From Lepidodermella squamata (lineage: Eukaryota; Animalia; Gastrotricha): 64,000 nt of DNA. The stretch is from contig JBLDXI010000029.1 of NCBI GenBank assembly GCA_047495785.1, positions 3,859,986 through 3,923,985 of the forward strand. The letters are read 5' to 3'. The notes beneath the pieces are model-generated. The model was not told where the DNA came from. It saw nothing but the letters and a program-made list of their open reading frames with translations, and ran no database searches. Of this stretch, positions 22,716 to 34,626 are shown in pieces; within the stretch, counting starts at the first letter, position 1, and each line of letters opens with the position of its first letter. A program made the position numbers and the translations under genes.

Positions 22716-25408
22716 ATGCGGTTGTTCTTGATAATAACAGTTTTTACTTTCGAGCCTATCCTCGGGAGTAAAATACCACTCAATGCCTCTATACCGGGCT
22801 CTGCTATTTCTTATGATTACAGCAACGCTCCACTTCTCAATCGGAAAAAGCTTCATGTCATGATGTCTATTTCCTACGCGGGCGGTTTCCCGATGGGGCC
22901 GCCTTGTAGCGAGGCAAAAGGCATCGCATTGGACCAACTTCGCGCCGACCCCAACTGGCTGCCTAACTACGAACTGGTTCTTGACCTCGTTGAGGACAAA
23001 TGTTCTGATGCGACGTCACTGGGCAGTCTGGCGAGGAATCTAAGGTTCAACTCCGAGTCGGATAGCCTATTGCCGATTTTCGTTGCTCCTGAGTGCGATG
23101 AACAAGTCGGGCAAGTTCTTTCAGCTTCTCTAGTCAAACAATTCAACTTTTTCTCGGTAAGACGATTCCTATTTTCATTTCTTGAAGTTTCACACGATTT
23201 TCACACAGATGACTCTAGCTCAGGGTACAAATCGGTTGTATCTCCAACGCGACCGCTATCCAAATTATCTGAATTTTGGACAGCGAGGTGACATTCAGTA
23301 CATAGCCTTGGCTATGTTCATACTGAAAATGGGTTGGAAGAAGGTCGCCATTATTTCAGACATTCACCCCTACGCCAATATGGTAAGTAAATTTGAGCAA
23401 TCTCCGATAGTTCTAGAGCACTGATTTCACAGATGGACCCAGCGCTAGTCCTTGCCTTAGAATCCGCAAAGATCGAGATCCAGCACATGGGTAAATTTCA
23501 CCTATCATTCGGCGATCCTGATTTGCTCACGAGCGACTTTCTTGAGATGAAACGCCGAGAGCCCAGGATAATCATATCGCAAAGCGGGAAAACCAGTGCG
23601 GTAGCTTGCTGGCTTTATCGAATGGGAATGTATGGTCCGCAGTACGTCGTATTCTCGCTGGCCTGGTTTCCATGGATCTCCCGTGACACGCCAGTACATT
23701 CTTTAGTCAAGGATTGGTGCAAAAAAGAGATGATGCTAGAAGTCGCGCCTAGTTTCTATTATTACGGCGATATGAGCCTAGGAGACGTTTTCGGGCCTAA
23801 TACAACAGATTCCACAGGTTTATCGGAAAAGGGGATGAGAGATAAGCTGAAGGAAAGAATCGAAAAGCCGGAGACTCACGAAAATTGGGACTACTGGCCA
23901 GTTATCTGCTATGATAGAGCTTTAGCCGTAGGTCAGTTACTTCAATCAACAGAACAAGTTTTGAACGAGAGGAATCAAACTTTGATAGATTGGGTGACTT
24001 CTGCCTCAAATTTCGCTAGGAACGGTAGTTTCATAGTCTCAGCAATCAAGGAAGGAGCTTACAGACTCAACTTCACAGGTTTGAAGGGGGAGTATGGAAT
24101 TGATAAGTCGACCAACCTTACAAAAGGATACGTCCCAATCACGTTTTCTAGAACTCAATCCAATAACTCCGGTTTCGCTACCGCTGCTTATCTTAAGCAA
24201 AACGACCCTAAAGATCCCCTCAAAATCTTGGATTTGAAATGGAACACAAAGGATGGTTCAGTTCCTCGGGATATTGTTAAGGTAGTTCTAGTGAACCAAC
24301 CTATGCTAACTACTAAGAATGGCCAGATTCTCATTGTAATCGCAGCGATTGAATGTGCAGCTTTTGCTGTTTTCATATTTTTCGCTGCCCTCCGAAAGAA
24401 AAAACGCTTTTCGGCGATGAAGCGACTCACGTTCAGAAGGGATGACTACGTAATTCTTATCGGGGATATCATTCTTTTAAGCTCAATTTTCGCACTTCCC
24501 CTAAATGTGACTAGCGAATCTATCGCTCACAACTGCAGAGCTGCTTCAGTTCTGATAGTCATCGGAATTTCTTTGATTTTAACCGGCATCTCGGCGAAGT
24601 TAAGCTACAATCAAGAGATGAAGCTCATCGTGTCCACTGGATCCCATGTTAGCCATACCAGACCTCAAACAGTTATGTCATACAATCCGAGTATGATGCT
24701 TCAATACGAGTCGAAACTCAACCGATTGGCCTCTGACTTCTTCAAGAATAGCTACCTCTTCGCAGGGGTTTGGACTGCCATCAATTGCGGGCTGATTTCA
24801 GCTCTACTCATCCTTCATCCAATGCGAGCAACTCCAATCTTCTCGGACTCATTCTCGGATTTGGCAGATCCAAGTGTTGTTTATAAGCCATTCAGCTATC
24901 AATGCGATATCTCTAGCAGTTTCTTCTCAGAATCCGACAGTTTAGCAATTTTCGCTGTTATGTGCGTCCTTCAATTCGGTCTCTTCCTTCGAGTTGTTTT
25001 TCAGTCAATGACAGTCCGAATGTCTAAGGTAAGTTCCCCCTAAACTGTCCTTTTTCCTTTGACAAGGCAACTTTTGTTAAAGAAATTGAAGCGAAGCTTT
25101 ACGGGAAACGACGTTCGCAACACGGCGCTGTTTGTCAACTGCAAGATCACACTAATCATCGCCGTTCTTATCCTCGGTCCAGTTCTAGCTAAACTTCGCG
25201 CAGAATACGCGTTAGTGCTCACTGCCTCGTTTGCGATTTCGTTCGCGCTCGCGAATGCTGTACCAGTTGTCTTAATGAAGGTATGTTGTACTTGTTCGAT
25301 TATTTTAATCCAAATTTGGTCATTTTTGTCTAATAGCTCTTCATCAAACAACGTATTGCGCCGATCAACAACAGCTCAGCTAGATTGATACGAGTCATGC
25401 CTGCTTGA
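22716..25408 (+). CDS. Class C GPCR, GABA-B-like (Venus-flytrap/ANF-receptor domain + 7TM), 5 exons
   Basis: Exons 22716-23156, 23209-23381, 23433-25028, 25083-25280, 25337-25408 join in frame. Signal peptide; LPNYELVL..EDKCS, RDRYPNY, MGWKKVAII and GMYGPQYV motifs; hydrophobic helices in the C-terminal third. Confidence 0.85.
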
Positions 25409-26101
25409 AAGAAGAATTTTCTGAACTCCTCCGTGACATAATTTGCGGTGAAATGCTTGTTAGACAAATTGTACTCTGAGCTAATTTTGCAGGCACAAGG
25501 CTAATAGTGCGAAACACATAGCCGTTAGTATTAATGCTGACTAGTAAAAATTAAGCATTTCTGCGCTATGACGACACTGATATTAAAGGAATTTCGTGGA
25601 AGGTTTTAACGAGAAAAGTAAATAAATTCATCAGAAGTTATATGATCAGATTGGAAGTTCGAAGTAGCGGAACGCCTTAGTCGAGGATCAATATCTCTCT
25701 ATGATGTCAAAGCGTTCGTCGGATACATCCTCAAAGAAATTCCTCCTGAAATCGAGGAATCGACCAGTGGTGGAGTTAGGAAAATGTCTGGAAAACAGAA
25801 ATTTGTTACATTTTCGCTGGAGCCGAATAGTCTATTCTCAAAACCTTCCTAATCGCTAGCAGTTCTTCTTTCGAAATCATTAAATCTTCGAATCTGAGCA
25901 ACCTTTTAATATCACTTCAATAATTTGGAGTATTTGCCTACTATAAGTGCGTACTTGGTGTTAATGCTACATAAAAGGATTCTTTACAACAGCGTAATGT
26001 TATGCTGTGTAGTTTTTTTTCACAAAAATATACTACTACAACTATACGCTCACGTAGTTGTAAAGAATAAATATATATTATGATAGTTGCATGAATTATC
26101 C

Positions 26102-27352
26102 ATGAAAGGGGTTCTGGTAAGAATTATTGATGTAATTTCTTATTTCCAGTAATCGTAATTTTTTCATCGATAAAGATTGTTCTTACCATTATTGCAGCCC
26201 TGGGCGAAGCTCATATAAGGCTAAGAGATAGTAAGGCCCATTACGTTTTACCCTACAAGCTTTCCTAGCTGTGTTTGCTTGCTAGACTGCACTGACACTC
26301 CCTGCCCGAAACACGAGAGATGCAATGTCTTCAGATTCGTAAGTCCACTATGGAAAGGTATCAATTGATTGAAAATTTGCCTTCAGTTAACAGGATCCAC
26401 CCTGCGAATCCAAGTTTTGCTCATGCGATGATTGCTCAATGCCCGAAATTGACGGCTCATGTTACCCAGGTTGGAAAATCTGAATTAACTTCCTCCTAAT
26501 TTCAACATTTTTCGAAAATCAGTAAAATATATCAATGAGCTGAATGAGCCGTGTGAACCGAATAAGAAAGGTCAGGAAATCACGATGCCCTCGGCCTACT
26601 GTAACTCGGAGCTAAACAAAACTGATTGTATCATGGCGAAATTTGGCAACGGATGCGGAACGTTAGGTGCAAAAACTACCTGTATCGAAGACCACGAATG
26701 CCTAGGCAAATGCAAATATGGCCGATGCGTATGCGAGCTGCCTAACAGGTACATCGATCTAAACTTGGACCGATGCGTGCCTCGTAAAGTAAGATAATTT
26801 TTCTGATTTTTCCTGATGATTTCAGGGGATTTTTCATGGATTTAGAGAGGTGATGTCTGTAGGAACAGCGCTGAATGTGCGAGCAGGCGTGATCCGAAAA
26901 AATACCCATTTGAGGAAACAAATTACATGATTTGCGTCAACGGCAAATGCGATTGTGACGCTGTAAGAGGGCAACTGGCGTTCCACACCATTTTCGACGA
27001 GGACCTCAACGAATTTGTTGATATTGAGAGATGCGTGGCTCTTACGGCGACTGTCAACCTAACTAAGGGCGAGCCGTGCTCTTTTGAAGATTTCGACGAT
27101 AAGAATGCGCAGATATGCGAGCAAGGCCTTATATGTCAGGGCTGTCTCGGGAATGACTACGAGACCACTTACCTTTGCCGTAATGCTACTTTCAATGGAA
27201 AAACGGCGAAACAGTGTGGTCGGAAGACTTATGTATTTTCTTCGGCACCATCTACTGCAAAGACATTTTCGCTAATTTTTGAATTCCTAGTGCTATATTC
27301 TATCTTCAAAATCAGAAAGATTGAACACAATCCGATGATGCAGCTTAAATAA
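26102..27352 (+). CDS. Highly divergent Cys-rich family member, gene H
   Basis: MKGVL|IVLTIIAALGEA signal; NCTDTPCPKHERC, DPPCESKFCSC, GNGC, VNLTKGEPC and QCGRKTYVFS motifs. Has an extra intron at RK|RGD and lacks the final intron. Confidence 0.78.
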
Positions 27353-27757
27353 AAGTTACTATGAAAAATGATGAGTGAGTAGTAACGTTTGCATTTCAAA
27401 TTTTGGAGTTAAGAAGAGGGGTTACCAGAGATTGAAAACTTCGATCCGTGCGATGGTGGAGATCTTCAAGTGTTGGCCAATTTACCCAACTTTTTTATAT
27501 CGAAATTCACTTCTGAAATGTTCGTTTTCTAAACGTCGAAGATAATCTTTCGTCTCTATTCAAACAGGCCATTCATGTTAGGACCGAAAAGACCATTCAC
27601 TCACGAGCAAAGACTATTCCTTTCAATGTGCTCATGGAAACCATCAATGGAGTGTGTTATTCTAAACGCGCTTTTCAGGCGAATTACGCGCAGTCATAAG
27701 TTGGATTCTCTAATAAAGCGAACTTCTTAGCATTTATGTAGCCGTTAGTGTTCCCAG

Positions 27758-28421
27758 ATGTCAACTACATCCTCTAGCACAACTGGGGCCTACGAATATC
27801 TGCAATATGGGACAGGTATCTTCTTCTTCTTGCCTTATGTCTCGATTGAATAATTCCTGATTTCTTTTCGCAGTCGATAACCCAATTTTATGGACCTTGG
27901 TTGTGGTATCAGTTTTACTGCTTGTCACTCTTCTTGTCACTTTATGGTGCTGCCTACGCCCGAAACCAGCCGGGCCACCCCTAGCCGTTCACTACAACGA
28001 CCTAGCCCCTTACCCTAGAGCAATTATTTCGAACCCGAACGACGTAGCGAGTTACGCCTATAAAGGACCTCAAGTCAGTCACTACTACCCCCAACCAAAT
28101 CCGATGGAACAAGCACCGGGTGTCCCACCTGCAGTGAGAGCCATGGAAGAACCGTATCCTTACACAGTAAGAGTCCCGCCACCATCCCAACCGCCGAGTC
28201 GATACCCTAGAAGGGGAGATCCTGTGGAGTACGAGCGGGATTTCTACAATGAAGAGGCGTACGACCCGCCGCCAGGTCGCAGGTCTAGATTCTACGACAG
28301 GGATATCACGCCTCGTAATGCTAAGAAAGACCTCAGACGGCCGACGCGGCAGATTTTCGACGAATATCTCACCAAATACAAGAAACAAAAACGCGGCTAT
28401 GATTTTGGTGGAAAATACTGA
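27758..28421 (+). CDS. Small single-pass membrane protein with Pro/Tyr-rich cytoplasmic tail
   Basis: Exons 27758-27815 and 27874-28421; TM segment ILWTLVVVSVLLLVTLLVTLWCC followed by a basic, Pro-rich tail. The 5' end is uncertain because the ATG follows an acceptor-like ttcccag. Confidence 0.7.
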
Positions 28422-28694
28422 AAATAAATATTCAATCAAAAACGTTATTAATTCTCTATTCTTTTTTGACTGAAAAGCTGAATGCGATCTCCTGGAGCAT
28501 TGCTGAGATCTTGAATCGCCTCACCCTTGGGAATATACTGCTGCAATGATTATAGGACAAACTGTACCCCACTTTCAACCTGTAATCTGTAAAAAGAATC
28601 ATGTTAACGCAGATAAGACAAAGGTGTAGAACTCCAGATAAGGTCTAGTGGTTTTTATGTTTGTTTGTTTCCTTGAATGCTTTCTGTATCCAAA

Positions 28695-29950
28695 ATGTTC
28701 CCCTTCTACGTTGTTCTAGCGTTTTTGATCGCTGGCTTGGCCAGAGGACAGTCCCCGGTCTGCGTAAACTATGAAGTTGGTAGCTGCAAATGCACGCTCG
28801 CTGATGGCTCAGGAATCATTGACTTATCAAACTTGATCACCCAAAAGCCGTAGGTTGGGATTATTTGATCTCTACGTTGAAATTAACCCTTCTCGTTGAA
28901 GATTTACTTATGTAACTCCCACGCAGCCTCCAGTCACCTACGAATACGCATTCTGTTCAGCACTGACTGATACGAATCGGCCGGAATGTGACGGAAAAGC
29001 TTCAGTTTGCGCCTACAACAAAACAGGACCCGGGCTTAATCTTGGGGATGTTAAACACGAGCGATTCGAATCACGAGAAAACGGACAATTGGCGCTTGTA
29101 ACGGACGTGATTTCAGGTACTCAGTGAATATTAGAAAATTAGAAAAATTCTTTTGATTTGACTCTATGTTTTTTGAAGATGGCAAACCTGTTCGACGATC
29201 TGTTGCGTACATTTATTGCTTCAAGGATAATCCCATAAATATGTTCGTTCCAAACGTGAATGGTCAAGATATTGACAAAGATGGAGCAACCCTTTACGTG
29301 AGTCTTAAATATTCGGATCAAGTGGGAAATTCCCCATAATTCTCAATTTTCAGACTATGCAATTTGCTGGTGGAGCTTTCTGTCCTCAAAAGCCGAAACC
29401 ACTACCTGCATGTAAAACCAGCTCTTTGTTCTGCGAATGTGAATTGTTGGATGGGTCTGGTACCATCGATCTCCGGCCACTGGTGAAGAAAACGATACTA
29501 CAACCCTTCGAAGCCGTAGATTCGGCTGGAAAGTACGGCTACGCGTTAACTGTATGCAATGCTATGGCAGACCGGCAAAATTTGACAAGTTGCTTCAAGC
29601 AAGCGTCATCATGCACGTGGAATAACTGGAATGTCGCCCCTCACGAGCAAAACATAGGATCGCCGAGTACGACGCGCTTTGAACTCCGAGTGTCTCCACA
29701 CTATCCATCTGGAGCTTTGGCTATGGTTGTAGACTTTGTAAACTATTACCGGACAGTGGTTTACCTAGTATGCGACTCGAGCAAAGAGACTGCTGAATAT
29801 TCGATTTGGGACTGGGATCCATTAGACCGTGACTACGATGGAGCTTATTTATATGTGAGTTTGATGTTGAATAAAGAATTCCCGTCTAATTTTGATTTAA
29901 ATAATCAGTATGGAAAGTTGGCTGGCCGGGAGCTCTGTCCTAAAAAATGA
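28695..29950 (+). CDS. Secreted protein with two mannose-6-phosphate-receptor-homology (MRH/ATG27-like) repeats; multi-exon
   Basis: Signal peptide MFPFYVVLAFLIAGLARG. Two repeats begin CKCTLADGSGIIDLSNL and CECELLDGSGTIDLRPL and end in FCP / LCP; short GT-AG introns; no TM segment seen. Confidence 0.65.
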
Positions 29951-30087
29951 GAATTCATCATACGAAGTATTGAATAATTGCGATATATAAATATAGATAA
30001 ATTTACGAACAAGAATTGGTGAATTCTTCAAAATAAAAGTGACCGTATCTAGAACATTCGTGTCTCTTCTACTGCGTGGTGGTTCAG

Positions 30088-30112
30088 TTATCTTATTGAT
30101 AAGATCTGATAA
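30088..30112. promoter_or_regulatory. GATA-site cluster upstream of beta-propeller gene 1 (conserved at 33209-33233)
   Basis: TTATCTTATTGATAAGATCTGATAA lies ~70-90 bp before the ATG, with an equivalent block before the paralog. Confidence 0.55.
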
Positions 30113-30178
30113 AATTGCGCCACCAAGTGATGAATTTACAGTTTAATAAAGGGCACTCACGGCAGTTTTTACCAAAAC

Positions 30179-31507
30179 ATGAGATCAATTCTTGTTTCCG
30201 CCGCTTTCTTAGTCGCTTCACTGCTACACGCTAATGCAGCTGTTGAGGATTGGGTAGCTGATGGAGGTGACTACAGCCATACTGGCTACAAGCCGTACTC
30301 ACTGGGTTACGTAAACAAAATCGACGTCCTTTGGAAAACGCAGCTAGAAACTACTCGCAAAGGCCTGAATGGAATTTACGTTTACAACCAGAAGTTGTAC
30401 ATTAACACTGGCGATGGAAGTTTAGCAATTCTCGACGCAAAAACTGGCAAACTGATCAAAAAGTTCAACATCTTCACGGATCTCTCAGCCTCGAGGCAGG
30501 TGATTGAGCCGCTGAACAAACTGATGTTTCTGGCAGAGGGCAACGGACTGGTTTTCGCTATTAGCCTTGAGGACGGGAAGGAGAAGCTTCTATGGTCACG
30601 AAAACTGGCTGGTGATATCTACGACATTATCCCAGTTACTGGGTTGAAAGACCTTGTTGTTGGGTTTTCAACAGACGAGAATAATGGCCAGCTTGTGGCC
30701 CTAGACTTCCAAACTGGGGAGACGAGATCTTCATATGGAGTCAATTCCATGGATATTCCCTATTACCTATCTCTCTCAAATGACAATCGACTTATCAGTT
30801 TGACGATGAGCACTACAACCGAAGCTATCGCCGAGTTTGATGCGACGAAGAATGGTAACAAATTATGGAATGTTGAATTCCCGCTAGATAACGCCGACTT
30901 AAATCATGGGCCTATGATTTCTGGCAACCTCGCAATACATAGGAAAGGGTCTGAAATGGTTTCTGTTGACATCGACACGAAATCGATGAAATGGGTCGCA
31001 TCCAGTGGCAGTCCGTATTGCGACCATTTCTTAATCGCTGTTACGGACAACGATTTCATCTACAGGAAATGTCAGTTGGGCGAACATCGCATGATGTTTA
31101 AGCATGACATTAAAACCGGTGCTTTGGAGACTTCGTACCCGGTGCCGCTTTCCGATGCGCCGCCTGCTTGCAACCCTATTGTTCTCGACGATTACGTGAT
31201 CGCACAGGGTTACTCAGGGTTCGCGATTTACGATAAGAACGACGGCAGCCTGGCTGCGAATATCACAGTTGGTGACAGCTCGTTTTCCTTTGGTTACAAA
31301 TGGGCATTTTCGGCTGGAGTGTTCTACGCGCAGGGTTCTGATGGGTATGTCTATGCGTTTGGTACGAGCTATGTGGGTACAACGCCATCTACCAAGTCGC
31401 CCCCGAAGACAACTCAACCGAATACAACCCCAAATAGCGCAGGAGTGCAGCTAATTAGTTATGTAGCATTCATTATCAATATTTCATTTTTCGTGCTTTT
31501 TCGTTGA
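30179..31507 (+). CDS. Intronless PQQ/BamB-like beta-propeller protein with signal peptide and GPI-like tail (copy 1)
   Basis: 442-aa ORF; WVADGGDYSHTGY N-terminal motif; blade repeats ILDAKTGKLI, ALDFQTGE and GSDGYVYAF; Thr/Pro spacer, then a hydrophobic C-terminus. Confidence 0.85.
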   Translation: MRSILVSAAFLVASLLHANAAVEDWVADGGDYSHTGYKPYSLGYVNKIDVLWKTQLETTRKGLNGIYVYNQKLYINTGDGSLAILDAKTGKLIKKFNIFTDLSASRQVIEPLNKLMFLAEGNGLVFAISLEDGKEKLLWSRKLAGDIYDIIPVTGLKDLVVGFSTDENNGQLVALDFQTGETRSSYGVNSMDIPYYLSLSNDNRLISLTMSTTTEAIAEFDATKNGNKLWNVEFPLDNADLNHGPMISGNLAIHRKGSEMVSVDIDTKSMKWVASSGSPYCDHFLIAVTDNDFIYRKCQLGEHRMMFKHDIKTGALETSYPVPLSDAPPACNPIVLDDYVIAQGYSGFAIYDKNDGSLAANITVGDSSFSFGYKWAFSAGVFYAQGSDGYVYAFGTSYVGTTPSTKSPPKTTQPNTTPNSAGVQLISYVAFIINISFFVLFR

Positions 31508-31974
31508 ACATTAAAGTTCCTGCAACTTGAGTAGTACATAGCAATAATAGCAATAATAGCATAGATGTAACAGCAATAAATATGAACATTGATGAGCTGA
31601 AATTCTGCCTAATATTGAATTAATTGTTAGATAAATGACTCTGGTAATGCATCAGAAATCTTTCCGGGGTGCTACTATACCGTAAATAGTTAAATTTAAA
31701 TCTGTCAAAAGTTGTATAGCTACATTCCGGGCCTATCGTAGTTCCATCCGGGCCAAAATTACGCAAACGAGGCAGAAAGAATCGTTACTAGGATTCTTTT
31801 GACACTGAGTTCAATGAGTTCTAAGGAATATTTCGCTGTGTGTTTCCTTACTTCCCTTTATAGGCAACAGGTAAGTATACTTGTAAGGATCTGCCGACTG
31901 GCATCGCGCCATCGAACTAACTAGCTTGTGATAAACATGTGATAATCAGTTAGACAATGCCATGTTCGCTTTGG

Positions 31975-32790
31975 TTATTTCTCTATGGCCATGATAGGCA
32001 GATCCTCAATGTTCGATTCCTTCTCAATAAAGTAGTATAGAGTAGTGCCTGGCCAAGTCTTGGCATTTCGCTGACAGAATGAATCGAACCATAGTACTGT
32101 TCGGACGGCCACCCACACTCCACTACGGATTCTTCTTGCCAAGTCTCGTTCAGCTCGAATTCGTCCGCAATGCCAACGATATGCTGATACGGTATCGCCC
32201 TGGCCCGCAGGTGGTGTTCTAACATCGACATCAAGGATGATTTCTGGCAATGCCAATGGCGTTCAGCTCATCACCACTGACGTTCGTATCCAAGATCCAG
32301 CCCTCACGCTCAAGGTCTCGCCCTGGCTTACGCGCTCGATTTGCCAACGGCTCACAGGTTATGGCTACGCATCTCCATTCTCGTGTTCATGTTCGCGGTC
32401 AAGCGTTCATTGGGGCAGCCTCGCTGATGCTTGACTTCAACGCCCGCAACTCGCTTGATAGCTTGTCTCGGGCGCCGCGATCTCGATTCTACGATGGCTT
32501 GGCACTGTCTTTGCTCCATGGCGTTGCTCCTGCCTCATTTGCTCTGCGATTCTCGACCTTCCGTTCCGTTAGTCAGGAATTGCTCGACATCTTCTGTCAC
32601 CCGCCAATTGATGCTGAAGCACCACCGTGGGGGTTGTGGTGCAATGGACAACGCGTCTGACTTCGAATCAGAAGATTCCAGGTTCGACTCGAATGTTTTT
32701 AAACCCTCTCTGCCCCTAACTCCTACGGCATGCCTGATTTGAGCCTTTGAGCCAGCTCTCGTTATCTGCAATGTCGGCTAATTCCCTTAC
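31975..32790 (+). mobile_element. Possible highly decayed LINE fragment
   Basis: GC-richer island with broken ORFs and a PPxxxxxPPW-like motif; no intact domain recognised. Confidence 0.25.
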
Positions 32791-33300
32791 CCCCGCACAC
32801 TGATGAAAATGCAAAAGAAAACATCATGATTTATAAGAAGCGGTTTAATTTGTATCTAAATAGGTCATAGTTTGTCTAGCGTGTCTTGTTTCTTTCTTTT
32901 AGTTTTTTCTTGTTGTGTTTTTTTCTTTTAGTGCCTCTGCTTATTATTGATAAGCGGAGGTACTGGCAGGACAAAAATTAGTAATTAGAGATTAGCTTAT
33001 TAGTAAAGATGTAATAATGGTAAAAAAGGGACATCAGAGTATAATAAACGGTTCGGGTTCCAGAATTATTGGTGAATTATCCATATCGTCATTTGAAATT
33101 TGAAAATTCAAAACCGGACTAACAAAAGTGGTTGTAAAGTGTCGTTCCGTGACGCGCGGACGCACCCATCTAAAACATTCGTTTCTATTCTTCTGCGCGG
33201 CATTCCTGTTATCTTATCGATAAGATCTGATAACATTGCGCCACTAAGCGATGAGTTTACTGTATAAATAAGGGCATTAAAGACAGTTTTTCACCAAAAA

Positions 33301-34626
33301 ATGAGATCAATTCTTGTTTCCGCCATTTTCTTAGTAGCTTCACTGCTACAGGCTAATGCATCTGTAGATGATTGGGTAGCTGATGGAGGTGATTACGCCC
33401 ACACTGGTTACAAGCCGTACTCACTGGGTAACGTCAACAAAATCGATATCCTTTGGAAATACCAACTAGAATCTACTCGCAAAAGCATGAATGGAATTCT
33501 TGTCTACAACCAGAAATTGTACGTTTACACTGACGACGGCGATTTGGCAATAATCGATGCTAAAAAAGGCGCTCTCGTCAAGCAGTTCAACGTTAAGGCA
33601 AATTGGACAGTACTCTATCAGGTGATTGAGCCCGAAAATCAACTCATGTTCCTCGCAGACTTGGATGGGCAAGTTGTCGCAATCAGCCTCGAGGCTGGAA
33701 AGGAGGCAGTCATTTGGTCTCAAAAACTACCGGGTCGTATTCACGACATAATCCCAGTTACAGGGCTGAAAGATCTAGTCATTGCTAGTACCATCGATGG
33801 TAAAAACGGTGAGTTGATCGCACTGGACTTCCAAACAGGGCTGCAGCGATCTTCTTTTGGGGTCGCTTCACTGGACATTCCTTATTACCTATCCCTCTCG
33901 AATGATAATCGATTGATCGGATTGACAATGAGCACTACAACCGAAGCTGTCGCCGAGTTTGATGCGACTAAAAGTGGGAACAAATTGTGGAATGTCGACT
34001 TCCCATTACTAAGCGCCGTCCTCAATCATGGGCCTATGATTTCTGGTAATGTCGCAATCACTAGGCAAAATTCCGAAATGGCTGCTGTTGATATCGACAG
34101 CAGAACTGTGAACTGGACAGCATCGCCTTGCAGCGACGATTTTTTGACAGCTGTTACGGACAACAAATTCGTCTACCGGAAATGTAAACCGGTCGAACAT
34201 GTCTCTATAGCCAAGCATGACATAAAAACTGGGGATTTGGTTATTATTTTCAGGGTACCACTTTCTGATGCGCCCCCTGCTTGTGACCCTATTGTTCTGG
34301 ACGATTACATTATCGCGCAGGGTTATACCGGGTTTGCGATTTACGATAAAAATGATGGCAGTTTGGCTGCCAATATCGCAGTTGGCGATGGCTCGTTTAC
34401 TTTTGGTAACAAATGGGCATTTTCGGCTGGAGTGTTCTACGCGCAGGGTTCTGATGGATATGTCTATGCGTTTGGTACGAGCTATGAGGCTACAACGCCA
34501 CCTCCAAATACGACTCCGAAGACAACTCAACCGAATACGACTCCAAATGGGGCAAACGGACAGCTGATTAGTTATGTAGCATTATTTATTAATATTTCAA
34601 TTGGCTTGCTATTCGTTGGACATTAA
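33301..34626 (+). CDS. Intronless PQQ/BamB-like beta-propeller protein (copy 2)
   Basis: 441-aa ORF, colinear paralog of 30179-31507 with shared upstream and downstream flanks. Confidence 0.85.
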   Translation: MRSILVSAIFLVASLLQANASVDDWVADGGDYAHTGYKPYSLGNVNKIDILWKYQLESTRKSMNGILVYNQKLYVYTDDGDLAIIDAKKGALVKQFNVKANWTVLYQVIEPENQLMFLADLDGQVVAISLEAGKEAVIWSQKLPGRIHDIIPVTGLKDLVIASTIDGKNGELIALDFQTGLQRSSFGVASLDIPYYLSLSNDNRLIGLTMSTTTEAVAEFDATKSGNKLWNVDFPLLSAVLNHGPMISGNVAITRQNSEMAAVDIDSRTVNWTASPCSDDFLTAVTDNKFVYRKCKPVEHVSIAKHDIKTGDLVIIFRVPLSDAPPACDPIVLDDYIIAQGYTGFAIYDKNDGSLAANIAVGDGSFTFGNKWAFSAGVFYAQGSDGYVYAFGTSYEATTPPPNTTPKTTQPNTTPNGANGQLISYVALFINISIGLLFVGH

